DNA of 64,000 bases from a virus, in IMG/VR virus record IMGVR_UViG_3300020183_004379, positions 19,409 to 83,408 of that record, one strand, 5' to 3'. Positions 28,717 through 37,923 of this stretch are shown here, one piece after another. Every line of letters starts with the position of its first letter. Positions within the stretch are counted from its first letter, which is position 1. The notes beneath the pieces are model-generated. The model was not told where the DNA came from. It ran no database searches and worked only from the letters and a program-made list of their open reading frames with translations. The position numbers and the translations under genes are program-made.

Positions 28717-29231
28717 GTTATCACCTCGTCTTGAGAGTATTTAGACCAGTCTGTAAACACCGCACGATTTTTTAGATCATGCAAACTATGACACCAGACA
28801 CCAGGATTTGTAGCTTGAAAATCTTTGTCGTCAATTTTGATAATTGTATTGTAGTTGTACAATTTGGCATATGGTAGTTTAACACTGATCATGGGTATAA
28901 ATCTATCATGTTCGATCAAACTGCCTTCCAAAAGTCCTTCAGCTGACTTTAGATCTAGATCCAGCGTACACCATGCGCCATGCATGAGACACGCACCAAT
29001 CATGCTTTCCCAGGCATGCCATGTGTCGGCATCGTTCACAACAGGATTAGGAAAACTTTGGTTTGCACCGAAGTAGATATGCTCACAGTTGTTGCGCTGT
29101 GCAGCAGTCACAATATTCTTAGGATCCTGTACGCCAATTACGAATAATGTTTTCATGCCATAGGCAGGACTATGCTCTACTTCGGTGCCAACAAACATTT
29201 GGACTGATTCGTGGCCTGTTCTGTTCATCAT
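28713..29231 (-). CDS. hypothetical protein in the dpdA cluster
   Basis: FVGTEVEHSP..GMKTLFV, HIYFGANQSF, KIDDKDF..TNPGVWC. Confidence 0.75.
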   Translation of the reverse strand: MMNRTGHESVQMFVGTEVEHSPAYGMKTLFVIGVQDPKNIVTAAQRNNCEHIYFGANQSFPNPVVNDADTWHAWESMIGACLMHGAWCTLDLDLKSAEGLLEGSLIEHDRFIPMISVKLPYAKLYNYNTIIKIDDKDFQATNPGVWCHSLHDLKNRAVFTDWSKYSQDEVIT

Positions 29232-29258
29232 ATTTTGAGACTTTCAATGGTTAGGATA

Positions 29259-29477
29259 TTAGTGATCATTGTAATCCTCGGGTAGGCGTTCGTGTTTGTC
29301 TTCCCATTCAAGGCGTGTGAGTCTTGAAATTTCGTCCTTGTATTTTAACTTCTGTTTCTTTAATTCTGCAACCTTTTGTTCATCCACATGAGAATGTCGC
29401 TCCATTTCTGTAATTTTGAGATCAATGACTCTATGCATCTCTTCCAAATGACGGATTCTATTTTTGATGTCACCCAT
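29259..29477 (-). CDS. DUF465/YdcH-like small coiled-coil protein
   Basis: RIRHLEEMH..ID..I...LKKQKL..KDEI; GGAG SD. Confidence 0.7.
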   Translation of the reverse strand: MGDIKNRIRHLEEMHRVIDLKITEMERHSHVDEQKVAELKKQKLKYKDEISRLTRLEWEDKHERLPEDYNDH

Positions 29478-29478
29478 T

Positions 29479-31080
29479 TCATTCTCCTCCGTGATCGAGT
29501 CTAAGTATGTTTCCAAGTCTAGCTTCTGCTGCTTCTTCTGCCATTTTCTCATCGGCTTCGGTCTCCTGTGCTTCTGGTTCTACAAATTCAAATAGTACAT
29601 TAAATTGACTATGAGCATTCCGGGTCTTGTCACCTTTGAATCCACGAGTGCCCACTATGTCCATCCAGTATCTGTTGTAGTGTTCAATTATGTCTAGGCT
29701 ATCTTGTTTGGTAGGCGCAGCAAAAACTGCATCTACAATGTCTCGAAAACGAGCATGATCGCCTGTGCGACCTTTAGTGCCTTGGTTCCACATCATGGCT
29801 GGCCATGTGCCTGCATCGTACTCTTGATTGGCTCTTTGCACAGCTTCAATATGCGTCCATACATTATGACCCATCATGAGCGCATATGAAAAGCTGTCCC
29901 AAGATGTTTTGCCTTCCTTGCCAATCTTGTTTTTATCACCAGGTTTGTATATACACACATCTTTGATCTGTAGATGCCGGCTTATTGGGCTTTCATCAAA
30001 ATGTGGAAAAACATTATCCTGTAGTACAGTGTCTCGGAAACTTCTTGTGTCAACAGCATACTTCTTGTCATCCGCACTGGGCCCCATTCTATAGCACCAT
30101 TTGTCGTTGTGAGGCAGATCTATATGATGATACATTTGGCCATTTGCTGTAGCCAAGAACGGACTTGCACAATCAAAACTAATGGTAAAATTAGGATTAA
30201 CATATTTTCGCACGGCTCGTTGAATATCAGTGAGCAACAATGCCCATTCTAATTTGCTGGTACCTAAAAAGTGCATCCAGTCATGTACACCTTCTTGCAA
30301 CAGGTTGTCATGGCGTAAAGCAACCAATCTTTTTAGCACAAGATGCACATCGCACATGTTCTGTCCGCCCATGGCCCATCCATCAAAATGCTTTCCTGGA
30401 TATGCAACAGGATCACAGTACACTTTCATGGTGTCATACCATTCGTCGGCACTGGTATGATTATCGCCTTGCAACACATTCAAGAATCTAGCACCACCAT
30501 CTTTAATACCTTTGCGATTCTTGATAAAATACTCATTGTTGTACTTGGTGGCATCTACTGCTTCTTGCAGCGTGGTTATCTGACAAGCTCGTGAAGCTTT
30601 TTTGTCGTGTATGACCCAGGTAGGTATGTCAAGGATCATGCCGTAGTCAGCGATACCGTCTAGCCATTTGAGTATAGAACTGCGTTTCTTTTCTGCCTTG
30701 GCACAACCTGAATTGGCCTTCCAATCACCTTCCCACAAACCCTTGGCAATCTGGAATCCACCCGAGTCGCCTAGTATGAATGAGCCAGGTTCGCGATTAC
30801 GAACCATGTCCTCACTCCAGTCCTGTTTGTTTAGATCTAGATTAGCATGTCCACCTGAGTACAAACTCCATTTATAAGGAAACAAAGATTTTTGGCTGTT
30901 GAGCCAGTTCATCTGTTCCATATCCTGTACGCCTACTGGCATCCTGGCAAGATCAACATAAGGAGACCCAGATGTATCTCGTTGTTTGCCGATAAAAGTG
31001 GCATAGAATCCGCTGATGGCCGGCAAGAACACAGCATAGTCCTGCTGTTTGCTAGTTAGATCATCTTGACTCATGGACAT
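29479..31080 (-). CDS. dpdA: TGT-fold 7-deazaguanine transglycosylase (DpdA-like)
   Basis: GDSGGFQ, MILDIP, NVLQG, MHFLG, ISFDCAS TGT-family motifs; clustered with folE/queD/queE and replication genes. Confidence 0.8.
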   Translation of the reverse strand: MSMSQDDLTSKQQDYAVFLPAISGFYATFIGKQRDTSGSPYVDLARMPVGVQDMEQMNWLNSQKSLFPYKWSLYSGGHANLDLNKQDWSEDMVRNREPGSFILGDSGGFQIAKGLWEGDWKANSGCAKAEKKRSSILKWLDGIADYGMILDIPTWVIHDKKASRACQITTLQEAVDATKYNNEYFIKNRKGIKDGGARFLNVLQGDNHTSADEWYDTMKVYCDPVAYPGKHFDGWAMGGQNMCDVHLVLKRLVALRHDNLLQEGVHDWMHFLGTSKLEWALLLTDIQRAVRKYVNPNFTISFDCASPFLATANGQMYHHIDLPHNDKWCYRMGPSADDKKYAVDTRSFRDTVLQDNVFPHFDESPISRHLQIKDVCIYKPGDKNKIGKEGKTSWDSFSYALMMGHNVWTHIEAVQRANQEYDAGTWPAMMWNQGTKGRTGDHARFRDIVDAVFAAPTKQDSLDIIEHYNRYWMDIVGTRGFKGDKTRNAHSQFNVLFEFVEPEAQETEADEKMAEEAAEARLGNILRLDHGGE

Positions 31081-31143
31081 AGTTCATGCTGGGATTGCCG
31101 TTGTTCGCCTGTACATAACGGTTGCCGGAGTATATGGCTTTGT

Positions 31144-31872
31144 TTATTTTTGTTGAGCTGGCAGTAGATAGTTGTATTCTGCAATGCCTGAATCAACAGT
31201 GATCTGCATAACACCTTCATCGCTGATTTTCATGTTTTTGTCGCCGGACAAATTTAGAATACCAATCACGGCATTCACTGGCCAGTTCCATGGTTTGTTC
31301 AACACACCCACACCATCCTGGAAAACAAAATCGCCAGCGTGACTGCTGTGGTCACCAAAGAAAAATTTTAGTTTACCGTTGTCTGTTTTGGCGATAAAAG
31401 TAGTTTCTTCGCTGTTTGCGCTGGCTTGAAATTTAAGTCTCTGAATGTTAGAAACTGTGGGATTAAAGTCCACATTCCATTTGACCTGTTTCATTTTTAC
31501 GGCCTTGAGTTTGTCACTTATAATTTCACTTGCCATGAAACGATATTCATTCTTGAAGTCACCATTTTTGTTTTCAAAGTGTATGCCTACGGGCACCTGA
31601 TTGCCGTTGCGATCTTGACTTAGTATGGTTAGCTTTGCATCTTCTTTGTATTCGGGAATGTTAAGGATGGTGTTTAGTTTACCTAGGTTGGGCATGCCAA
31701 ACACTCCGACAAATTCTGGTACTGGATTTTTGAATCGAGCCTGCACGATCACGCTGCGATCCTCAGCGATACTGTCAATAAAGGTTTCTTGATCATTGCC
31801 GGTAATCTTTACTAGGTCAATAATACCAAGGCTGTGCGTGTGTTGCACAATGTCGTGTAAGTAGTCTTTCAT
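31144..31872 (-). CDS. DNA polymerase sliding clamp (T4 gp45-like)
   Basis: About 240 aa beta-rich protein; FG..NL..L, MKISDEG pattern; near DNA polymerase. Confidence 0.7.
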   Translation of the reverse strand: MKDYLHDIVQHTHSLGIIDLVKITGNDQETFIDSIAEDRSVIVQARFKNPVPEFVGVFGMPNLGKLNTILNIPEYKEDAKLTILSQDRNGNQVPVGIHFENKNGDFKNEYRFMASEIISDKLKAVKMKQVKWNVDFNPTVSNIQRLKFQASANSEETTFIAKTDNGKLKFFFGDHSSHAGDFVFQDGVGVLNKPWNWPVNAVIGILNLSGDKNMKISDEGVMQITVDSGIAEYNYLLPAQQK

Positions 31873-31894
31873 TGATTCTCCTTTGAGTTTATTG

Positions 31895-31923
31895 ATTATA
31901 ACATGATCTATTTAGATCGTCAA
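31895..31923 (-). promoter_or_regulatory. composite sigma70 + late promoter with palindrome
   Basis: TTGACG-17-TATAAT; spacer GATCTAAATAGATC contains TAAATA inside an inverted repeat. Confidence 0.75.
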
Positions 31924-31928
31924 CGGTA

Positions 31929-32894
31929 CTAGGACTTTTTTACTATGCCAATTGACCATTTAGTTTTGTCAGATTGTAAAACACCGGGTACGCTCAACGA
32001 TACTGAAACCAAGTCAGATCCTCGATTGACCCACATAGATACTTCCATTTCTAATTTTAGAGCCATGGCATCTATTTGTGCTCTGTTCATCCCTCCAATT
32101 TTGCCGTCGCTGATGAACGCAGCAGAATTGCTACTGTCAGCATCAAACATGTTGAAAAAAACTTGTCCTCCGGGTCGTAACAGTGGCTTTATTTGTGTTA
32201 AAAAAGTCTCAGCTGCATACAAATTGAATCTTTCAAATAGATTCCACACCACCACAAGACCCATCTGCCCTTTTGGCACTCCCCAGTGCATTTGATGTTC
32301 GTTGAAACCAATATTGGTGTCCCAATCTAAATTATTCCAATTTCGCACAGTGTGAAATTTTACTCTAGGTTGCACACTGTTCTCAATGCTATTGTATTTT
32401 TTAATTAATAGATCTCTGTCTGTATCAATCATGTACAACAGATAGTAACTGATTAATATTTTTATTACTTCGTCGTGTTGAGCATTAATCATGGCCGCAG
32501 GGTATTTCCATGGGTCGTTGGTGCGGCTCCATATCAATAACAAATCTTGAATTTGATTTGGATTGCACAGCCATTTGTCTCGCTGATGGTCAGCAATATC
32601 AAGATGCTGTTTGAACCATGCGCGGTCACTCACATGATCCAGAATCTGTTGATATTCATTTCCTACCTGTTGTTTAAGATTCATTAAACGAGAGTGGCTA
32701 GCAAACAGCATATCTTTGCACTGTGCTAGATCATCTAACTCTTTTTGGACCAATTGGTCCACATCAGGCAACAGTGCCATGAGCTCTTGAGTTTTTTCTA
32801 TCTGTGGTGTAACATCAGTTGCGTTACCAAAGTTTTTTAGTAGATTGCGTAGTTCTGCCAGTCTTGGAAACCTAGAAAGTTGTTCAGGTGTCAT
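31929..32894 (-). CDS. hypothetical protein with degenerate class I methyltransferase-like C-domain
   Basis: N-terminal coiled coil; PLLRPGGQVFFN. Confidence 0.55.
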   Translation of the reverse strand: MTPEQLSRFPRLAELRNLLKNFGNATDVTPQIEKTQELMALLPDVDQLVQKELDDLAQCKDMLFASHSRLMNLKQQVGNEYQQILDHVSDRAWFKQHLDIADHQRDKWLCNPNQIQDLLLIWSRTNDPWKYPAAMINAQHDEVIKILISYYLLYMIDTDRDLLIKKYNSIENSVQPRVKFHTVRNWNNLDWDTNIGFNEHQMHWGVPKGQMGLVVVWNLFERFNLYAAETFLTQIKPLLRPGGQVFFNMFDADSSNSAAFISDGKIGGMNRAQIDAMALKLEMEVSMWVNRGSDLVSVSLSVPGVLQSDKTKWSIGIVKKS

Positions 32895-32895
32895 G

Positions 32896-35556
32896 TTATT
32901 CAAAAGTAAACAAATTGTCAAATGTGGTTGTGATTTGAGTGTTCTCTGCTATGTTCCATTTTAGAACGCCCAAGAGATTTTCTACCTTTTGTTCCACAAT
33001 AGTTGTTTCCATGAGTGCATCGTCAAATGGCAGTTCTTTGAACCAGGTAGGAATATGCAATTCATCTGTGGGATATCCTACTGAGGTAAAGCCTAGTGGA
33101 TTATCTTTTAATTTACACACAATGGTTTTCATACCGTCCACAATGGCCATTGAGTAGTTGTCACCATGCATGCGTTTGAGATTGTTCCAGTTCATGGCTG
33201 CTCGCACATGACCTGGCATGTTGGCTCGGCCCAGTCGTTCTTCTTCACGAGTGAACTTGGTCAAGTTGTTCACACGCTTGGGTGTGCCTTTTTCCCAGGC
33301 TGGACGATCTTGAAACGCAATCTTGAACTCTCGCACTCGGTCATAAACATGTTCTTTGGCACATCCGGTTAGCACATCTTGTAGCAAACTGCTCAAGAAG
33401 TCTTGTACCACCTTGGGAGTATCGGATCGCTTTAGGTCCAGGCCCATGGCTTTGACCTTGCCTGGTTTTCCATGTGTGTCTAGTCTTGCACCTTCAAGAT
33501 CATATATCAGTACTGCATAACGCTTTTTCTTAATATATAGACCTTTTTCTGCTACAAGTTCTCGTCCACCTTTGATAAGCGACCCCATACTCCTTGGACA
33601 GTGACATGCCCGTTCCATAAACGCAGGGAAACTGGCATTGACTTGATCAGCGATGGTGTCATAGAGCTGTACACAGGTTTCTTTGTTCCACTCCATGCGT
33701 CCTGCGGCAACTTCTTCTCGTATAGCGGGCCAGGCTGTAAAATAGCAGCTATCAGTATCTCCATAGATGATACTTGCACCCACGTGATCGTACTCTCCCA
33801 TGATACACTCGTTAATATAAGCGTCCATGTGTCGCGCGATGATTCTTCCAGTGAGAGTAGTACTCTGACCAATTCGCTTGTCGAAGAAACGGCAACCTGG
33901 GTTGAGAATCGCTCCGTACAAACTGTTAAGATTAATCTTCTTGACCAACTGACGCTTGTCCCAAAAAGCAGTATCTTCAGCGGTGGTGGCTTCTCTTTTT
34001 TTAGCTTGCATCTCTTTTCGTTCTGCATACCACCTCTCTAGTAATCCAGGAATCACACCCTTCTTTTCATAAGTGAAGATTGTGCCGTTGGCACTGAGAA
34101 TCCAACTGCTGTTGCTGTCAAAGATTATGCGCCAGACTTCCGCAGCAGAATGCACGGTTGGGTCTGCACCCTCCCAGTCAATGGTAATTTCTGTGCCTGC
34201 CTGACATTCCATAACGGCTGTGTATTCCAAGGTACCAAACATGTTTTCCCATGCGTCAGCAAAACTGCTACCTGCATCCATTTTCTCCTTGATGTAACGA
34301 TCTGTCATGATTGGTCTTAGCTGACCAACAATGGTTTCTGGCCCCATGTTCAGCGCACGGATTGCACTAGGGTATAGGCTGTTGATATCAATGGCACCAA
34401 CCCAGTCATGCATGCCGGCTTTTGGAAACGCCACATAGGCCCCTGCTGCCTGTGTATCACCCTGACTGTCTCTACTGGTACGATTTGGAACTACCAGTCC
34501 CAGTTGATGTGCTTCGTTTATGATTGCCTGATCTGTTACGGCCACAGCACCCATGGTGGTTTGTAGTAGCACTGTGTTGTCATGTGCTAGTTCGTTGGCT
34601 AGATCCAGGAACCTGAGCTTCTTGTCAAGTTTGGCGACCAGCATAGCATCCTGCCGGTTGTAGTCGATGAATTTTTCAAAGTCTTTGTTGTACAGCTGAT
34701 CCAAGGTACCTTCGTAGGCAATTTTCCGTTCGTCAAGTTCGTATTCGCCAATGGCATCCAAACTGTAGGAGTGTCTTTCTTCATAAGTGTATTTCCTATA
34801 AAGTTGCATGTAATCCATATGCACACGACCGATCAAGTCGAAGGTCAGTGTCTCGGCACCAAAGCGTTCAAAGTATCTTTCCTTGGGATACTGACCCCAT
34901 AGACAAAATCTGCGAAGATCATCGCGACTGAGCACACGATTGGTACGCATCACAAGATAAGGAATATCAAATCCTTCACTGTTCCATCCGCTGAGTACAT
35001 CCGCATCATCAATGATGTCAAGAAATGTGTTTAGTAGATCAGCTTCGCGCTCAAATAAAAAACAGTTGTCGTATCTAGCTGCAATTTCTTCTGCTGTTTC
35101 CCAGCTCATGTTCTTGGGTGGAATGACCAGAGTTACCAGTTTGTTCATCCAGTCAAGGTATACTGTTACAGCGGTTATTGGATTGAAAGGATCTTCTGGT
35201 TTGGAAAAACCTCGCACTGGATCAAAGTCAACTTCAATATCAAAGAACGCAGTTTGCAGTTTGGGAGATTTAGCACCAAGGTAGTTGTGTTCGAGACAAC
35301 GAAATATAGGATTGATATCACTTTCCCACAGGCGTTTGCCTGAGTTGATCTTGATTTCTTTGTGATATTCTTTGCTGTTACGAGTGGCAAACCTGCTCAC
35401 TGGTGTGCCGTAAATTGTGCGGAACTTGCCGCGAGGATCATCGTAGTAGAAAATATATTCTGCGGGAAATTCTTTGTATTCTCTACCGCCGGCATTGCGC
35501 TCAACAACATAGATGCGATCTTTATCTCTGTCAAACAGAGCATCAACATAACTCAT
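32896..35556 (-). CDS. family B DNA polymerase (T4 gp43-like), start MSYVD
   Basis: ExoI FDIE, ExoII GWNSEGFDIPY, ExoIII YNRQD; DINSLYPS, KKINLNSLYG, YGDTDS, KKRY. Confidence 0.97.
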   Translation of the reverse strand: MSYVDALFDRDKDRIYVVERNAGGREYKEFPAEYIFYYDDPRGKFRTIYGTPVSRFATRNSKEYHKEIKINSGKRLWESDINPIFRCLEHNYLGAKSPKLQTAFFDIEVDFDPVRGFSKPEDPFNPITAVTVYLDWMNKLVTLVIPPKNMSWETAEEIAARYDNCFLFEREADLLNTFLDIIDDADVLSGWNSEGFDIPYLVMRTNRVLSRDDLRRFCLWGQYPKERYFERFGAETLTFDLIGRVHMDYMQLYRKYTYEERHSYSLDAIGEYELDERKIAYEGTLDQLYNKDFEKFIDYNRQDAMLVAKLDKKLRFLDLANELAHDNTVLLQTTMGAVAVTDQAIINEAHQLGLVVPNRTSRDSQGDTQAAGAYVAFPKAGMHDWVGAIDINSLYPSAIRALNMGPETIVGQLRPIMTDRYIKEKMDAGSSFADAWENMFGTLEYTAVMECQAGTEITIDWEGADPTVHSAAEVWRIIFDSNSSWILSANGTIFTYEKKGVIPGLLERWYAERKEMQAKKREATTAEDTAFWDKRQLVKKINLNSLYGAILNPGCRFFDKRIGQSTTLTGRIIARHMDAYINECIMGEYDHVGASIIYGDTDSCYFTAWPAIREEVAAGRMEWNKETCVQLYDTIADQVNASFPAFMERACHCPRSMGSLIKGGRELVAEKGLYIKKKRYAVLIYDLEGARLDTHGKPGKVKAMGLDLKRSDTPKVVQDFLSSLLQDVLTGCAKEHVYDRVREFKIAFQDRPAWEKGTPKRVNNLTKFTREEERLGRANMPGHVRAAMNWNNLKRMHGDNYSMAIVDGMKTIVCKLKDNPLGFTSVGYPTDELHIPTWFKELPFDDALMETTIVEQKVENLLGVLKWNIAENTQITTTFDNLFTFE

Positions 35557-35632
35557 TCTATTCTCCATGTGCAGTTTCTAGCCTGCACTTGCTCTACATG
35601 CCGTTTTGTGTCCGACGAGACAAAAATATTTA
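35557..35632 (-). promoter_or_regulatory. structured leader of DNA polymerase gene (gp43 operator-like)
   Basis: TAAATA at 35627-35632, then hairpins including GUGCAG-GCUAGAAA-CUGCAC directly 5' of the GGAG SD. Confidence 0.55.
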
Positions 35633-35758
35633 ACGAAACAAATGATCAGTTATGTATTCACATAATCTAGCAAAACACAACGCACTGTACATCATAGTCC
35701 ACATCATGATGGCCATCAGTACCCAGTAAACAATAATTTCTAGTGCTATCAGTATCAT
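35630..35758 (-). CDS. small membrane peptide (below ORF cutoff)
   Basis: MILIALEIIVYWVLMAIMMW...; ATGA-coupled. Confidence 0.45.
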   Translation of the reverse strand: MILIALEIIVYWVLMAIMMWTMMYSALCFARLCEYITDHLFR

Positions 35759-36042
35759 GTGAGCATTCGTATCAAACCAACGGTGTCAATCGTGACCAAC
35801 AATAGGTAATTGGCCAACATACCAAAGGAACCACGACTATAAGCACACCCAGCGTATATAGCACAACCTGCAATCCAGATTGGGTACAGGACAAGAAGGG
35901 GTGGATTAGGCACGGTGAGGGCCATGACGATACTACAACCAATAGATATAGCCCAAGCAAGGACCTCAAATAAAAAACGAAGTTTATTACTCGAGTAGTC
36001 TTGTCTGATCCAGTTAGCGGTTCCACTTAGTATTTCGGTCAA
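35755..36042 (-). CDS. three-TM membrane protein
   Basis: Hydrophobic segments. Confidence 0.65.
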   Translation of the reverse strand: MTEILSGTANWIRQDYSSNKLRFLFEVLAWAISIGCSIVMALTVPNPPLLVLYPIWIAGCAIYAGCAYSRGSFGMLANYLLLVTIDTVGLIRMLT

Positions 36043-36299
36043 AGTGTCTTGCCTACAGTTTGCAAAATTGTATTTAATTCTTCATTTTCTTTGTTTGTCT
36101 CACCTAGCTTGGCTTTGTGAGCAATACGAATGGCCTTGCTTAACACAGCAGGTTTAATTTCCATTTCCTCAGCAATGGCTTTGACTGTGTCTTTGAGACC
36201 TTCTTGTAGTGTTTCGACTTCTTGCATGACCTGCATGCCTTCGTTAATCAATTGTGTGAGCTTGGCCTTTTCGGCGGAACCAAACATTCTAGTTGACAT
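36039..36299 (-). CDS. T4 DsbA-like small dsDNA-binding protein
   Basis: LKDTVKAIAEEMEIKPAVLSKAIRIAHK helical pattern; AGGAG SD. Confidence 0.6.
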   Translation of the reverse strand: MSTRMFGSAEKAKLTQLINEGMQVMQEVETLQEGLKDTVKAIAEEMEIKPAVLSKAIRIAHKAKLGETNKENEELNTILQTVGKTL

Positions 36300-36364
36300 G
36301 ATATCTCCTAATTGAAAATCATATTATACACTTTACTTACACACACTGCAACACCTATGAACAA

Positions 36365-37138
36365 TTATTCACACTCGGCCCAGATCAAGTTTGTCCACTT
36401 TTTATACAGCCATGATCCTTTTGGCGGTATGCAGTTTCCTAGTTCCGGAAACCGTTCAATTCTATTTTGAACAACAATAGTAAATATTAAAACTATTCCT
36501 ACAATGAACATCAAAACCAGGCTCCAGCAGGTGATTTTATAAATGAACTTCTTGCGCTTTCGTCTGGCAATCTTATCAGTTTCCGCCTGTTTACGCATCT
36601 GTTGAGCTATGGCTAGCTTTTGCTCTTTGCCCATCACCTGCATCATGTCATTTACTTCGGTCCATAATGCGCCCAGCTCTGGAGGTGATTGGTATACCAT
36701 GATTTCTCGCAGTTCGGCGGCCATGTGCTCCAGCTGTTTTTTCATCAGCACTCGTTGCAGTGCTCTCTTGCCAATGCTGGCGTCACCAGTGTACACTTCG
36801 TTTTTGCTTCTACGCTCTTCTTCTTCAAAGATAGCAAAACACTTGTGGTAGTTGTCAAAGTATGTGCCCAGGTGATTGCCAATTTCTGTGTAGATGTTGG
36901 TGGTTTCACCGTCACGCTTGTTCAACTCAATAACGCGATTTTTTTCTGAGATATATTGATTTTTTTCTGCTACTGTGGGAGTGCGGTCTTTGAACTTGCG
37001 GTGAAATTGGTCATCAAGGTCCTTGAGAATGTCCTTGACATCTCCAGCGGCGCCTTTTATATCTTTATAAAGTTTGCACCCTTCTTTGACCAACTTGACC
37101 GCACCATTGGCCAGTGCAAACAGCGTTAACGGATCCAT
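36365..37138 (-). CDS. late membrane-anchored coiled-coil protein
   Basis: MDPLTLFALA N-terminus; C-terminal TM; TAAATA at 37209-37214. Confidence 0.75.
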   Translation of the reverse strand: MDPLTLFALANGAVKLVKEGCKLYKDIKGAAGDVKDILKDLDDQFHRKFKDRTPTVAEKNQYISEKNRVIELNKRDGETTNIYTEIGNHLGTYFDNYHKCFAIFEEEERRSKNEVYTGDASIGKRALQRVLMKKQLEHMAAELREIMVYQSPPELGALWTEVNDMMQVMGKEQKLAIAQQMRKQAETDKIARRKRKKFIYKITCWSLVLMFIVGIVLIFTIVVQNRIERFPELGNCIPPKGSWLYKKWTNLIWAECE

Positions 37139-37215
37139 TCCTCTTTGATTCCCGGTTTTTCATTTTAATTGACGGAATCAGAGTTTGTAACTTAATTGAG
37201 CTCTAGAGTATTTAT

Positions 37216-37923
37216 TTAGGATCGTAAGTGTGCAAGTCGCATGTGTTGTAATATGCGTATATAAAACCAACCAATATCAAATTCCCAAGGCTTTAACGAC
37301 AACTTTGGGTTAGCAGGGTCCAGATGATGATTATTGTGAAGCTCTTCGCCGCCAACAATAATACCCCATGGACTAATATTTCTAGATTGATCTCGTGTTT
37401 GGCCATTGCGATACCCCCAGGTGTGTGCTACGCCATTGATTACCCCTGCAGCCCAAAACGGTATCCATAGCATTTGTACCAGCCAGATGATCAAACCCAC
37501 AGGTCCAAACATCAACGAATTGATCACAGACAAAATCAACACTCCTGCCCAGGGATGAGCAGAGTAGATGTGCTGTTCTATCCAGTCGTCGGGAGTGCCT
37601 ACACCATAGTTTTCAATCATGAGTTTGTTTTTTGCAGCCTTGTTGTACAGCAGTGCCCCTCCAAACAATACTTGCCATATGCCGTATACCACGGGACTGT
37701 GGGGATCGCCTTCGCTGTCAGAGTGTTTATGATGCTTGCGATGCACAGCTACCCATTGTTTTGTGATCATGCCTGTAGTCAGCCACAGCCAAGCTCGCAT
37801 GAAGTGGACCACAATCGGATGAAATAAAACTGCACGGTGTGCCAGGCTGCGATGCAGATACAGAGTTACACACGCGATAGTGATGTGTGTGACTGTGAGT
37901 GTATATAAGATCTCGGTAATCAA
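37216..37923 (-). CDS. acyl-CoA (delta-9-type) fatty acid desaturase
   Basis: His boxes HRSLAH, HRKHH, HNNHH; DPHSP; TTGA-coupled to aceA. Confidence 0.93.
   Translation of the reverse strand: MITEILYTLTVTHITIACVTLYLHRSLAHRAVLFHPIVVHFMRAWLWLTTGMITKQWVAVHRKHHKHSDSEGDPHSPVVYGIWQVLFGGALLYNKAAKNKLMIENYGVGTPDDWIEQHIYSAHPWAGVLILSVINSLMFGPVGLIIWLVQMLWIPFWAAGVINGVAHTWGYRNGQTRDQSRNISPWGIIVGGEELHNNHHLDPANPKLSLKPWEFDIGWFYIRILQHMRLAHLRS

Noticed and set aside
29479-31080. Canonical tRNA-guanine transglycosylase (tgt)
   Set aside because: Lacks the CxCxxC zinc site, is larger and divergent, and lies among DNA replication genes; DpdA-like is more plausible, though tRNA activity is not excluded.
32896-35556. 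Intein or intron in the DNA polymerase
   Set aside because: All motifs are in one ORF of normal size with no splice-junction or LAGLIDADG motifs.
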